Source: Azolla caroliniana
Lineage: Eukaryota; Plantae; Polypodiophyta
Length of the DNA: 64,000 nucleotides
NCBI GenBank assembly: GCA_043228905.1
Contig: JBHGNT010000007.1
Span: forward strand, 9,734,001 to 9,798,000
Direction of reading: 5' to 3'
Below are positions 11,474-23,400 of the stretch, one piece after another. Within the stretch, counting starts at the first letter, position 1. Each line of letters starts with the position of its first letter. The notes beneath the pieces are model-generated. The model was not told the DNA's origin. It worked only from the letters and a program-made list of their open reading frames with translations, and did no database searches. The position numbers and the translations under genes were made by a program.

Positions 11474-12016
11474 ATATCAAGTCTAGTTTAGGTTGGAGAC
11501 ATCTTAGACGAAAAATCTCTCATAATTAACAAATACAACACATAAAACCTTGTGGTGACATAATCTACATGTGGATAGGATAGTCGGCTTTCACGCGAGC
11601 GACCCGGGTTCAAGTCTTCGCAATGGAAATATCAAGTCTAGTTCAGGCTGGAGACATCTTAGATGAAAAATCTCTCATAATTAACAAATACAGCACATAA
11701 AACCTTGTGGTGACATAATCTACATGGAGTGGGTTACAACGGATGCCTCGAATTCAAAATGTCCATATGTATCGAATTTGAAAGTATAATATGTGTTGAA
11801 AAACCTAAAAAGTCTCATATTACTTACGAAACCTAAAGCGTCTCATGTTACTTGGGCACTTAAAATTATGTCTTACCATAGACATCTAATTAAATATTGC
11901 CTGTTAGAATTATTCACTCTATTCCTAATCATTGTGGAATCTTGCGTTTCTGCGATTTATGGTTGTAAAGAATCGATGGTGATGAGAAAGAGCCTTCAAC
12001 TCTATCAACTCCGTAC

Positions 12017-12089
12017 TCCATTGTAGTCTAGTTGGTTAGGATACTCGGCTTTCACCCGAGTGACCCGGGTTCAAGTCCCGGCAATGGAA
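12017..12089 (+). tRNA. tRNA-Glu(TTC)
   Basis: TCCATTG/CAATGGA acceptor, CTCGG-CTTTCAC-CCGAG anticodon arm and CCGGG-TTCAAGT-CCCGG T arm all intact. Confidence 0.85.
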
Positions 12090-12534
12090 ACAACAAGTCT
12101 AGTTCAGGTTGGAGACATCTTAGACGAGAAAAGTCTCATAATTAACAAATACAAGACATAAAACCTTGTGGTGACATAATCTACATGTAGTGGGTTACAA
12201 CTGTTGCATCGAATTCAAAATATCCATACATGTCGAATTTGAAAGGATAATACGTGTTGAGAAACGGAAAAACACTCATATTAGTTGCGAAACCTAAAGC
12301 GTGTCATGTTACTTGCGCACTTAAAATTAAGTCTTAGCATAGACATCTAATTAAATCTTGTCATGTTACTTGTGCACTTAAAATTAAGTCTTAGCATAGA
12401 CATCTAATTAAATCTTGCCTGTTAGAATTATTCACTCTAGTGCTAATCATATAGGAATCTTGCATTTTTGCGATTTATGATTATAAAGAATCGATGGTGA
12501 TGAGAAAGAACTTTCAAATCTATCAATTCCGTAC

Positions 12535-12607
12535 TCCATTGTAGTCTAGTTGGTTAGGATACTCGGCTTTCACCTGAGCCACCCGGGTTCAAGTCCCGGC
12601 AATGGAA
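12535..12607 (+). tRNA. tRNA-Glu(TTC)
   Basis: Stems intact (one G.U) with a variable-loop change. Confidence 0.72.
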
Positions 12608-12953
12608 ACAACCAGTCTAGTACAAGTGGGAGACATCTTAGACGAAAAAAGTCTCATAATTAACAAATATAAGACATAAAACCTTGTGGTGATATAATCT
12701 ACATGTAGTGGGTTACAACGGTTGCCTCGAATTCGAAATATCGATACGTATCGAATTTGAAAGGATAATACCCGTTGAAAAACATTAAACGTCCATTCAA
12801 AATTATGTCTTAGCATACATATCTAATTAAATGTTGCCTGGTAGAATTATTCACTCTATTCCTAATTAGTGGGGAATCTTGCGTTTCTGCGATTTATGTT
12901 TGTAAAGAATCGATGGTAATGAGAAAGAGCCTTCAAGATTATCAACTTCGTAC

Positions 12954-13025
12954 TCCATTGTAGTCTAGTTGGTTAGGATACTCGGCTTTCACCCGAGCGA
13001 CCCGGGTTCAAGTCCGGCAATGCAA
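12954..13025 (+). pseudogene. tRNA-Glu(TTC) pseudogene
   Basis: 1-nt deletion in the T stem and an acceptor mismatch. Confidence 0.6.
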
Positions 13026-13568
13026 ATATCAAGTCTAGCTCAGGTTGGAGACATCTTAGACGAAAAATCTCTCATAAATAACAAATACAACACATAAAAC
13101 CTTGTGGTGACATAATCTACATGTGGTTAGGATAGTCGGCTTTCACCCGAGCGACCCGGGTTCAAGTCTTCGCAATGGAAACAACATGTCTAGTTCAGGT
13201 TGGAGACATGTAAGACGAAAAAAGTCTCATAATTAACAAATACAAGACATAAAACCTGGTGGTGACATAATCTACATGGAGTGGGTTACAACGGATGCCT
13301 CGAATTCAAAATATCCATACGTATCGAATTTGAAAGTATAATATGTGTTGAAAAACCTAAAAAGTCTCATATTACTTACGAAACCTAAAGCGTCTCATGT
13401 TACTTGGGCACTTAAAATTAAGTCTTACCATAGACATCTAATTAAATATTGCTTGTTAGAATTATTCACTCTATTCCTAATCATTGTGGAATCTTGCGTT
13501 TCTGCGATTTATGGTTGTAAAGAATCGATGTTGATGAGAAAGAGCCTTCAACTCTATCAACAACGTAT

Positions 13569-13641
13569 TCCATTGTTGTCTAGTTGGTTAGGATACTCGG
13601 CTTTCACCCGAGTGACCCGGGTTCAAGTCCCGGCAATGGAA
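13569..13641 (+). tRNA. tRNA-Glu(TTC)
   Basis: Stems intact; A9>T. Confidence 0.72.
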
Positions 13642-14086
13642 ACAACAAGTCTAGTTCAGGTTGGAGACATCTTAGACGAGAAAAGTCTCATAATTAACAA
13701 ATACAAGACATAAAACCTTGTGGTGAAATAATCTACATGTAGTGGGTTACAACTATTGCATCGAATTCAAAATATCCATACGTATCGAATTTGAAAGGAT
13801 AATACGTGTTGAGAAACCGAAAAAGTCTCATATTACTTGCGAAACCTAAAGCGTGTCATGTTACTTGCGCACTTAAAATTAAGTCTTAGAATAGATATCT
13901 AATTAAATCTTGTCATGTTACTTGCGCACTTAAAATTAACTCTCGGCATAGACATCTAATTAAATCTTGCCTGTTGGAATTATTCACTCTAGTCCTAATC
14001 ATTAAAGAATCTTGCATTTTTGCGATTTATGATTCTAAAGAATCGATGGTGATGAGAAAGAGCTTTCAATTCTATCAATTCCGTAC

Positions 14087-14159
14087 TCCATTGTAGTCTA
14101 GTTGGTTAGGATACTCGGCTTTCACCTGAGCGACCCGGGTTCAAGTCCCGCCGATGGAA
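14087..14159 (+). tRNA. tRNA-Glu(TTC), degenerate
   Basis: One T-stem mismatch and two G.U pairs. Confidence 0.5.
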
Positions 14160-14519
14160 ATATCAAGTCTAGTTCAGGTTGCAGACATCTTAGACGAAAA
14201 AAGTCTCATAATTAACAAATCTAAGACATAAAACCTTGTGGTGACATAATCTACATGTAGTGGATTACAACGGATGCCTCGAATTCAAAATATCCATACG
14301 TATCGAATTTGAAAGGATAATACGTGTTGAAAAACCTAAAACATCTCACGTGCTTTGCTCATTCAAAATGAAATCTTAGCATATATATCTAATTAAATCT
14401 TGCTTGTTAGAATTATTCACTCTATTCCTAATCATTGAGGAATATTTCGTTTTTGCAATTTATGATTGTAAATAATCCATGGTGATGAGAATTAGCCTTC
14501 GACTCTATCAATTCCGAAG

Positions 14520-14592
14520 TCCATTGTAGTCTAGTTGGTTAGGATACTCGGCTTTCACCCGAGCGACCCGGGTTCAAGTCCCGGCAAAGGAA
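14520..14592 (+). tRNA. tRNA-Glu(TTC)
   Basis: Single acceptor-stem mismatch. Confidence 0.65.
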
Positions 14593-14801
14593 ACAAGAAG
14601 TCTACTTCAGGTTGGACAAATCTTAAACGAAATAAGTCTCATAATTAACAAATACAAGACATAAAAGCTTGTTGTGCATAATCTACATGTACTCGGTTAC
14701 AACGGTTGCCTAATCATTGAGGAATCTTGTGTTTCTGCGATTTATTATCTTAAAGAAGCGATGGTGATGAGAAAGAACCTTTGACTCTATCAACAATGTA
14801 C

Positions 14802-14874
14802 TCCATTGTAGTCTAGTTGGTTAGGATACTCGGCTTTCACCTGAGCGACCCGGGTTCAAGTCCCGGCAATGGAA
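14802..14874 (+). tRNA. tRNA-Glu(TTC)
   Basis: All stems pair (one G.U). Confidence 0.8.
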
Positions 14875-15262
14875 ACAACAAGTCTAGTACATGTGGGAGA
14901 CATCTTAGACGAAAAAAGTCTCATAATTAACAAATACAAGACATAAAACCTTGTGGTGATATAATCTACATGTAGTGGGTTACAACAGTTGCCTCGAATT
15001 CGAAATATCGATACGTATCGAATTTGAAAGGATAATACCTGTTGAAAATAATAAAACGTCTTATATGACTTGCTATACCTAAACCTTCTTTTGTGGCTTG
15101 CTCATTCAAAATTACGTCTTAGCATACATATCTAATTAAATGTTGCCTCGTAGAATTATTCACTCTATTTCTAATAAGTCGGGAATCTTGCGTTTCTGCT
15201 ATATATGGTTGTAAAGAATCGATGGTAATGAGAAAGAGCCTTCAAGTCTATCCACTTCGTAC

Positions 15263-15335
15263 TCCATTGTAGTCTAGTTGGTTCGGATACTCGGCTTTCA
15301 CCCGAGCGACCCGGGTTCAAGTCCCGGCAATGCAA
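15263..15335 (+). tRNA. tRNA-Glu(TTC), degenerate
   Basis: Acceptor mismatch and a D-loop change. Confidence 0.5.
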
Positions 15336-15878
15336 ATATCAAGTCTAGTTCAGGTTGGAGACATCTTAGACGAAAAATCTCTCATAATTAACAAATACAA
15401 CGCATAAAACCTTGTGGTGACATAATCTACATGTGGTTAGGATAGTCGGCTTTCACCCGAGCGACCCGGGTCCAAGTCTTCGCAATGGAAACAACAAGTC
15501 TAGTTCAGGTTGGAGACATCTTAGACAAAAAAAGTCTCATAATTAACAAATACAAGACATAAAACCTTGTGGTGACATAACCTACATGGAGTGGGTTAGA
15601 ACGGATACCTCGAATTCAGAATATCCATACATATCGAATTTGAAAGTATAATACGTGTTGAAAAACCTAAAACGTCTCATATTACTTGCGAAACCTAAAG
15701 CGTCTCATGTTACTTGCGCATTAAAAATTAAGTCTTAGCATAGATATCTAATTAAATCTTGGCTATTAGAATTATTCACTCTATTCCTAATAATTGAGGA
15801 ATCTTGCGTTTTTGCGATTTATGATTGGAAAGAATCGATGATGATGAGAAAGAGCCTTCCGATCTATCAACTCCGTAC

Positions 15879-15951
15879 TCCATTGTAGTCTAGTTGGTTA
15901 GGATACTCGGCTTTCACCCGAGCAACCCGGGTTCAAGTCCCGGCAATGGGA
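15879..15951 (+). tRNA. tRNA-Glu(TTC)
   Basis: Stems pair (U1.G72). Confidence 0.7.
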
Positions 15952-16781
15952 AAAACAAGTCTAGTTTAGCTTCCAGATATCTTTGACGAAAAAAGTCTCA
16001 TAATTAACAAATACAAGACATAAAACCTTGTTGTGACATAATCTACATGTAGTGGGTTACAACTGCCTCGAATTCAAAATATCGATACGTATCGAATTTG
16101 AAAATATAGTACGTGTTGAAAAATTTAAAACGTCTGATATGACTTGCGAAACCGAAAGCGTCTGATGTGACTTGCGCACTCAAAATTTAGTCTTAGCATA
16201 GATATCTAATTAAACCTTGCTTGTTAGAGTTATTCAATCTATTCCTATTCATTGAGGAATCTTGCGTTCCTGTGATTTATTATTGTAAAGAATCGATCGT
16301 GATGAGAAAGAACCTTTGACTCTATTGTAGTCTCGTTGGTTAGGATAGTCGGCTTTCACCCGAGCGACCCGGGTTCAACTCCCAGCAATGGAAACAACAA
16401 GTCTAGTTCAGGTTGGACACATCTTAGACGAGAAAAGTCTCATAATTAACAAATACAAGACATAAAACCTTGTGGTGACATAATCTACATGTAGTGGGTT
16501 ACAACGGTTGCATCGAATTGAAAATATTCATACGTATCGAATTTGAAAGGATAATACGTGTTGAAAAACCTAAAACGTCTGATATGACTTGCGAAACCGA
16601 AAGCGTCTCATGTGACTTGCGCATTCAAATTTAAGTCTTAGCATAGATATCTAATTAAATCTTGCCTGTTAGAGTTATTCACTCTATTCCTAATCATTGA
16701 GGAATCTTGCGTTTCTGCGATTTATTATTGTAAAGAAGCGATGGTGATGAGAAAGAACCTTTAACTCTATCAACTTTGTAC

Positions 16782-16854
16782 TCCATTGTAGTCTCGTTGG
16801 TTAGGATACTCGGCTTTCTCCCGAGCAACCCGGGTTCAAGTCCCGGCAATGGAA
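16782..16854 (+). tRNA. tRNA-Glu(TTC), degenerate
   Basis: Stems intact but A14>C and A37>T. Confidence 0.45.
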
Positions 16855-17242
16855 ACAACAAGTCTAGTACAGGTGGGAGACATCTTAGACGAAAAAAGTC
16901 TCATAATTAACAAATACAAGACATAAAACCTTGTGGTGACATAATCTACATGTAGTGGGTTACAACAGTTGCCTCGAATTCAAAATATCCATACCTATCG
17001 AATCTGAAAGGCTAATACGTGTTCAAAAACCTAAAAGGTGACATATGACTTGCGAAACCTAAAGCGTGTCATGAGACTTGCTCATTCAAAATTAATTCTT
17101 AGCATAAATATCTAATTACCTCTTTCCTGTTAGAATTATTCACTCTATTCCTAATCATTGAGGAATCTTGCGTTTCTGCGTTTTATGGTTGTAAAGAATG
17201 AATGGTGATGAGAAAGAGCCTTCAACTCTATCAACTTTGTAC

Positions 17243-17315
17243 TCCATTGTAGTCGAGTTGGTTATGATACTCGGCTTTCACCCGAGCGACCCGGGTTCAA
17301 GTCCCGGCAATGGAA
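17243..17315 (+). tRNA. tRNA-Glu(TTC)
   Basis: Acceptor, anticodon and T stems perfect; two D-arm changes. Confidence 0.72.
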
Positions 17316-17702
17316 AATCAAGTCTAGTTTAGGTTGGAGACATCTTAGACGAAAAAAGTCTCATAATTAACAAATACAAGACATAAAACCTTGTGGTGAC
17401 ATAATCTACATTTAGTGGGTTACAACGGTTATCTCGAATTCTAAATATCGATACGTATCGCATTTGAAAGGATAATACGTGTTGAAAAACCTAAAACATC
17501 TGATATGACTTGCGAAACCGAAAGCGTCTCATGTGACTTGCGCATTCAAATTTAAGTCTTAGCATAGATATCTAATTAAATCTTGCCTGTTAGAGTTATT
17601 CATTCTATTCCTAATCATTGAGTAATCTTGCGTTTCTGCGATTTATTATTGTAAAGAAGCGATGGTGATGAGGAGGAACCTTTGACTCTATTAACTTTGT
17701 AC

Positions 17703-17775
17703 TCCATTGTAGTCTAGTTGGTTAGGATACTCGGCTTTCACCCAAGCGACCCGGGTTCAAGTCCCGGCAATGGAA
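17703..17775 (+). tRNA. tRNA-Glu(TTC)
   Basis: Single anticodon-stem mismatch. Confidence 0.65.
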
Positions 17776-18092
17776 ATATAAAGTCTAGTCCAGGTTGGAG
17801 ACATCTTAGACGAAAAAACTTTCAAGTATCGAATTTGAAAGGATAATACGAATTTGAAAGGATAATACGTGTTGAAAAACCTTAAACGTCTCATATGACT
17901 TGCGAAACCGAAAGCGTCACATGTTACTTGCACACTTAAAATTAAGTCTCAGCATAGACATCTAATTAAATTTTACCTGTTAGAATTATTCACTCTATTC
18001 CTAATCATTGAGGAATCTTGCGTTTTTGCGATTTATGATTGTAAAGAATCCATGGTGATGAGAAACAGCCTTCAACTCTATCAATTCTGTAC

Positions 18093-18165
18093 TCCATTGT
18101 AGTCTAGTTGGTTAGGATACTCGGCTTTCACCCGAGCGACCCGGGTTCAAATCCCGACAATGGAA
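18093..18165 (+). tRNA. tRNA-Glu(TTC)
   Basis: Single T-stem mismatch. Confidence 0.65.
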
Positions 18166-19238
18166 ACAATAAGTCTAGTTTAGGTTGAAGACATCTTAGA
18201 AGAAAAAAGTTTCATAATTAACAAATACAAGACATAAAACCTTGTGGTGACATAATCTACATGTAGTGGGTTACAACGGTTGGCTCGAATTCTAAATATC
18301 CATACGTATCGAATTTGAAAGGATAATACGTGTTGAAAAACCTAAAACGTCTCATATGACTTGCGAAACCTAAAGCGTCTCATGTGACTTGCTCATTCAA
18401 AATTAAGTCTTAGCATAGATATCTAATTAAATCTTGCCTGGTAGAATTATTCGCTCTATTCCTAATCATTCAGGAATCTTGGGTTTTTGCGATATATGGT
18501 TAATCGGGATTTTATTTTAAGTTAGAGAAAGAGCCTTCCACTCTATCAACTCTGTACAACATTGTAGTCTAGTTGGTTAGGATATTCGGCTTTCACCCGA
18601 GCGACCCGAGTCAAGTCCCGGCAATGGAAACAACAAGTCTAGTTCAGGGTGAAGACATCTTATACGAAAAAAGTCTCATAATTAACAAATACAAGACATA
18701 AAACCTTGTGGTGACATCATTTACATGTAGTGGGTTACAACGGTTGCCTCGAATTCAAAATATCCATACGTATCGCATTTGAAAGGATAATATGTGTTGA
18801 AAAACCTAAAATGTCTCATATGACTTGCGAAACCGAAAGGGTCTCATTTGACACTGGGCATTCAAAATTAATTCTTAGCATGAATATCTATTTAAATCTT
18901 GCCTGTTAGAATTATTCACTCTATTCCTAATCATTAAGGAATCTGGCGTTTGTGCAATGTATGGTTAATTGAGATTTAATTTCATTTTAGAGAAAGAGCC
19001 TTCAACTCTATCAACTCTTCACTCCTTTGTAGTCTAGTTGGTTAGGATACTCGGCTTTCACCCAAGTGCCCCAGTTCAAGTCCCGTCAATGGAAACATCA
19101 GTCTAGTTCAGGTTGCATCTTCTTCAAAAAAAGTCTCATAATTAACAAATACAAGACATAAAACCTTGTGGTGACCTAATCTACTTGTAGTGGGTTACAA
19201 TGGTTTCCTCCAATTCAAAAAATCCATTCATATCGTAT

Positions 19239-19275
19239 GGGACTGATGAGACCTTCGGGGTGAAACTAGTTTGCC
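19239..19275 (+). ncRNA. degenerate minimal (type I, Penelope-like) hammerhead ribozyme motif
   Basis: GGGA-CTGATGA-GACC TTCG GGGT-GAAA-CTAG-TT-TGCC. Core boxes exact, TTCG-capped stem II and palindromic stem III ACTAGT. Stems I and II each carry mismatches. Confidence 0.5.
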
Positions 19276-19834
19276 TGGTACGTAAGACCATGCACCCCCC
19301 GACCCACCAAAAACCCAATGTAATTTTCCCTAATGATAATTACATGTTTCATCTCTCTCTCTCTCTCTCCCTCTCTCTATTCCTTTTCTAGTTATGTTTT
19401 TACTTATGTTATATCTCTCCCTCCCCCTTTTAATTATGTTGTAATCTCATTTGTTAGTTGTAAATGGTATTTCTTCTTTCATTTTAAGTAGTATGTTAAT
19501 CTCGTCCCCTCCCCTTACCCTACTTTTTAAACTTTAATTAGGCTTTTAATCTCGTTTTTTATCTTTAATCTTAAGTTTTTTATGTTTTAATCTCGTTTTT
19601 AATCCTTAATCTTAGTGTTATTATGTTTTAATCTCTCTCCCTCTCTCTCTCTCTTTCAATTTAATTTTAACTAATAGGTTAATCCGTCCTACCCCTCCCA
19701 TTACCTTGTGTTACACTTAGGGTTATATATTATTATTATTATTATTTACGGTTTAATCATTTTATTAGTTTTTATATTAATCCCTTCCCTTCCCCTTACG
19801 CCACTTTTTAAACTTTAATTTGGTTTTTAATCTC

Positions 19835-20269
19835 TGTTACCGGCCGGCAAAGGAGTCCAGAGTGGGAAACGGAGAGTTATTTAAGTAGTAGGAATGTGGT
19901 TGTAATTAAGCTATGAGTGTGGACGGACGGACCGGAATCGGTATGCCGTTCCGGATCTGGACCGATCCCGAACAGGTGCGGATGGCACCGTTTTGTAATA
20001 CAGACCGGAAACCTATTTAAAGGCCCGGATACAATGTAATAGATAGTGGTTAATTAATGAAAGCTTAAGCGTTGTTATCTCTCTGTGTTAATTGCCGAAT
20101 TTTCTTAATTGTTATATCTTACGCGTGTGTTATGAAAGACGATCATAATAAGTAACTTAATCAAGTAGGATTAAGCGTTGAGGCAGATCCGGTTGCCGTA
20201 ACACCCTTTGGGGAAGTGTCTTCCGTAGACACCCTGTGTTAGGCCATTGTCCGGCCCTAAGAGTTAACA
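19835..20269 (+). repeat. 5' LTR
   Basis: TGTTACCGGCCGG...GAGTTAACA, repeated at 33016-33450. Confidence 0.93.
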
Positions 20270-20389
20270 CAGTTTTTGGTGGATTAAGCGTTGAGGCAGA
20301 TCCAGTTGCCGTAATACCCTTTGGGGAAGTGTGTTCCGTAGACACCTTGTGTTAGGCCATTGTCCGGCCCTAAGAGTTAACACAGTTTT

Positions 20390-20406
20390 TGGCGACCACG
20401 ATGGGA
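20390..20406 (+). promoter_or_regulatory. primer binding site, probably tRNA-Arg
   Basis: TGGCGACCACGATGGGA resembles the complement of the plant tRNA-Arg(TCG) 3' end (recalled, not aligned). Confidence 0.6.
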
Positions 20407-23400
20407 TGTTTTTGTAGTGAACGACGGCACAGATGGATGTCTAGATCAACGCACGACCTGGTTACAGATCGAACTCGACGCCTTGCCGAAAGGCAAAGGA
20501 GACGCGAGGCTTTCCAGCAAGCGGCGCAGGAAATTAGAGCGGATCGCTCGTTTTCCAACGTAATCCGGAGAGTAGCGGAGGACTCCCTCTGGTTACAGCA
20601 AACATCGCACCCGAACGACGACAGCAGCCTAAGCAACCTCTGGGAAACCGAATCCCTTCTCCACGCGTTGGCAAACGGAGAAGGCGAAGCAGAAGCCTTT
20701 TCAGCATATGAATCGGACTCCGAAGGGGAATACAACGTGCACAAGAACTACCGTAGCAGCAACGAAACCCCGGGCGGACCGGAGGACGAAGGATCGGATA
20801 CCTTACCGACACCAGAACCGGAAGTGTTGACGTTGGAACCCTCGGAACCAGCAGGGGAAGAGCGACCTCCGACACCGGAAGTCGAAGAGGAGAGGCCTCC
20901 GTCACCAAAGGAAGAGGAAATACCACTGACGCCGGAGAAAATTCCGGAACGAGAACCAACAGTACCAGCCCGCGCACCGATACCGGACGACGACATGCTG
21001 TTCCAGTACTCCAAGTATAGAGATGATCCGGACGCGGAAGTTGATGTGCACGCCTTTGAACAGACATGGCAAGCCAACCATGTGTCCCAGCGATTGACCC
21101 CAGAGGAAGAAGAACGCTCTAAGATAGCGGAATTTGGCGTCACATTGGAGGGACCGGCAACAAGATGGCGCCAAACGCAGGACCCGTCTACCATCAACAC
21201 CTTTGCAGATTTAAAAGCTAAATTCTTGCATTTTTTTCAAAAGGAGGTGGACCAGACCGTAATGGTAGGCTTATTTTATACCATCCGGCAAGAGGCAGGG
21301 GAGAGCATTCCCCAATTTGTCATCCGGTTTCAACGGATGCATAGTCAGCTTGGCCGCGCACCCCTGGAGGAGGAATTATGGACTATATTCCTAAACGCGC
21401 TCCGGGAACCTCTACGCACGGTTTGCACGGTAATTGACTTCCGCACAAGTACCATCGACCAGGTCATTGACCGGGTGAGAGAGATGGAAAAGACAAGCTC
21501 CTGGCTCACACTGGGAGCACTTCAACGGGCGTTACCGTCCGATGAAGACCTCCGGTTTCGGCAAGCAATACATTGCACAACCTACTTGAATTCCGGACAC
21601 TCGGCTCTAGAATGCACTATGAGGACGCAATGTGTAATCTGTCAATCCAAGAGCCATACGACGGATAGGTGCGAGTATAATATGTTGAACCGGCAAGCAC
21701 CGCCCGTCCGACAAATTGAGCCACGCAGCAGCCGGGATGAAGAAGACGAACGTTGGCAGTGAATGGACCGCGACCAACCGGCACGGCGATCGACGGGAAA
21801 ATGATGTCCGGTACGGTGATCAGCAGGATAACTATGACCGGCATGATCGGTACCAGGGTTACAATAGACGATGTGAACATTACGACCGGGAGCACTTCCC
21901 CGGGTATCGTCAGCAACGGGAGGAATACGGCAGATATAACGGGCAACCCCGTCAAGAGTACCGTAATAAGAAGAGCTATAACAAAAAACATCATTTTAAA
22001 AAAGGCTGCTACCCCCGGGATCCGGAACAAGGAGCTCCAAGCAGCCAACCGGTACAAAACCCCACGCGTACCGCAGGACCTGCCCCGGGTACAACAGACA
22101 ATGCCGAATCTAGCAATACCCGGAAAGCCTACTGCTACTACTGTCGACAGGAAGGCCATTATAGTAACCAATGCCCGGTGAAGAGCTATGAAAAACGACC
22201 GACGGTAAATATGGTAGTCCCTGAGGTGGCAGATCTGCAGTAGGTGACCACAAGGTCGAAGGGCATGGCCAAGGAATGGGAGACGCAGGAGACCATCTAG
22301 AAACAAGCAACGGAATGGGTAAAGAAAGCAAACGAACAGAATGTCAAAAGGAGAACACCACAGGGCTTGCCGACGGTAGTCACTCCGAGAACGAGACATG
22401 GCAGGCGTTGCAAGAGTGCCAGATTACGTTGCCACTAGGAAGACTCCTACAACTCGTGCCAAGATTCACGGAAGGACTGAAGACGGCCATGAAGGCAGGA
22501 GAACCATCACCGGCACCGGTACTCTTCTCGAATCCGGAGGAGGGACCAACGGTGGTGGACACCAGCAGTCCGGTAATCACTGCCATTGTAAAAGGGAAAG
22601 AACTCCCCGGCACAGTTATAGACGGAGGCTCTGGGGTGAATGTAATAAGCCTCCGGACGTGTGATGCCCTAGGAATTCGCGAGTGGGAACCGTGTCCATT
22701 CTGGTTGCGGATGGCCGATACAAGCTCAGTGCGGCCGATAGGATTAAAACGGAAATTAGAAGTCACCGTCGGCGGTCATACATTTTACATCTCGGCCGTA
22801 GTGCTACAATTACAGGCACAAGGCGCATACCCGCTATTGCTGGGGCGGCCATGGTTGAAAACGGCACATATCAAACAGAATTGGTGGAAAAATATAATTA
22901 CCTTCCGGCGAGGAAAAGCCAAGGTACGAGTACCAACACAGCCAAGGACGAGCACTGGCAAGGAATGTACACCGTTGTATGCGGAATGCGTCAACATGCT
23001 AGAAGGGTTAGTGGACGAAGAAGAAGCTCAGTACCTGCAGGAAAACCTGAAGATCATACCCCTCTTCGAAATTGACATTGCCGAAGCAGTAGCACCATAC
23101 TTACCGCAACCGGAAGAGGCTAAAGCAGAACCGGATAAAGATGCAATCCGGGAGTTACGGCAAGTGCAGGAAGCGTTGGAACGGGAAATGGCCGTTTCAC
23201 AGCGCGTGAAAGCGTCGCAACTGGAAGAGCTTAACCTAGGCACCAGGGACGAAGCAAAACCGGTGCACATCGCCAAGGAGATGAAGTCCGAAGACAAAAC
23301 GGCGATGATCACACTTATCACGGAATTCTGCGATGTGTTCGCCTGGTCATACGAAGATATGCGAGGACTCAACCCTCAGTTATACCAACATCAGGTGCAC

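Larger units (their letters stand above)
9111..19235 (+). repeat. tRNA-Glu tandem array, block A (~21 full-length and 5 5'-truncated copies, ~460-bp basic unit)
   Basis: Full copies start at 9375, 9837, 10453, 10914, 11375, 12017, 12535, 12954, 13569, 14087, 14520, 14802, 15263, 15879, 16321, 16782, 17243, 17703, 18093, ~18558 and 19023. Half copies at ~9111, 10010, 11574, 13124 and 15434. Spacers are homologous throughout. Confidence 0.97.

Noticed and set aside
9160-13713. Short ORFs in the array (e.g. 10229-10462, 13345-13713, also 52291-52926)
   Set aside because: These are chance frames of the repeated monomer and are not maintained between units.
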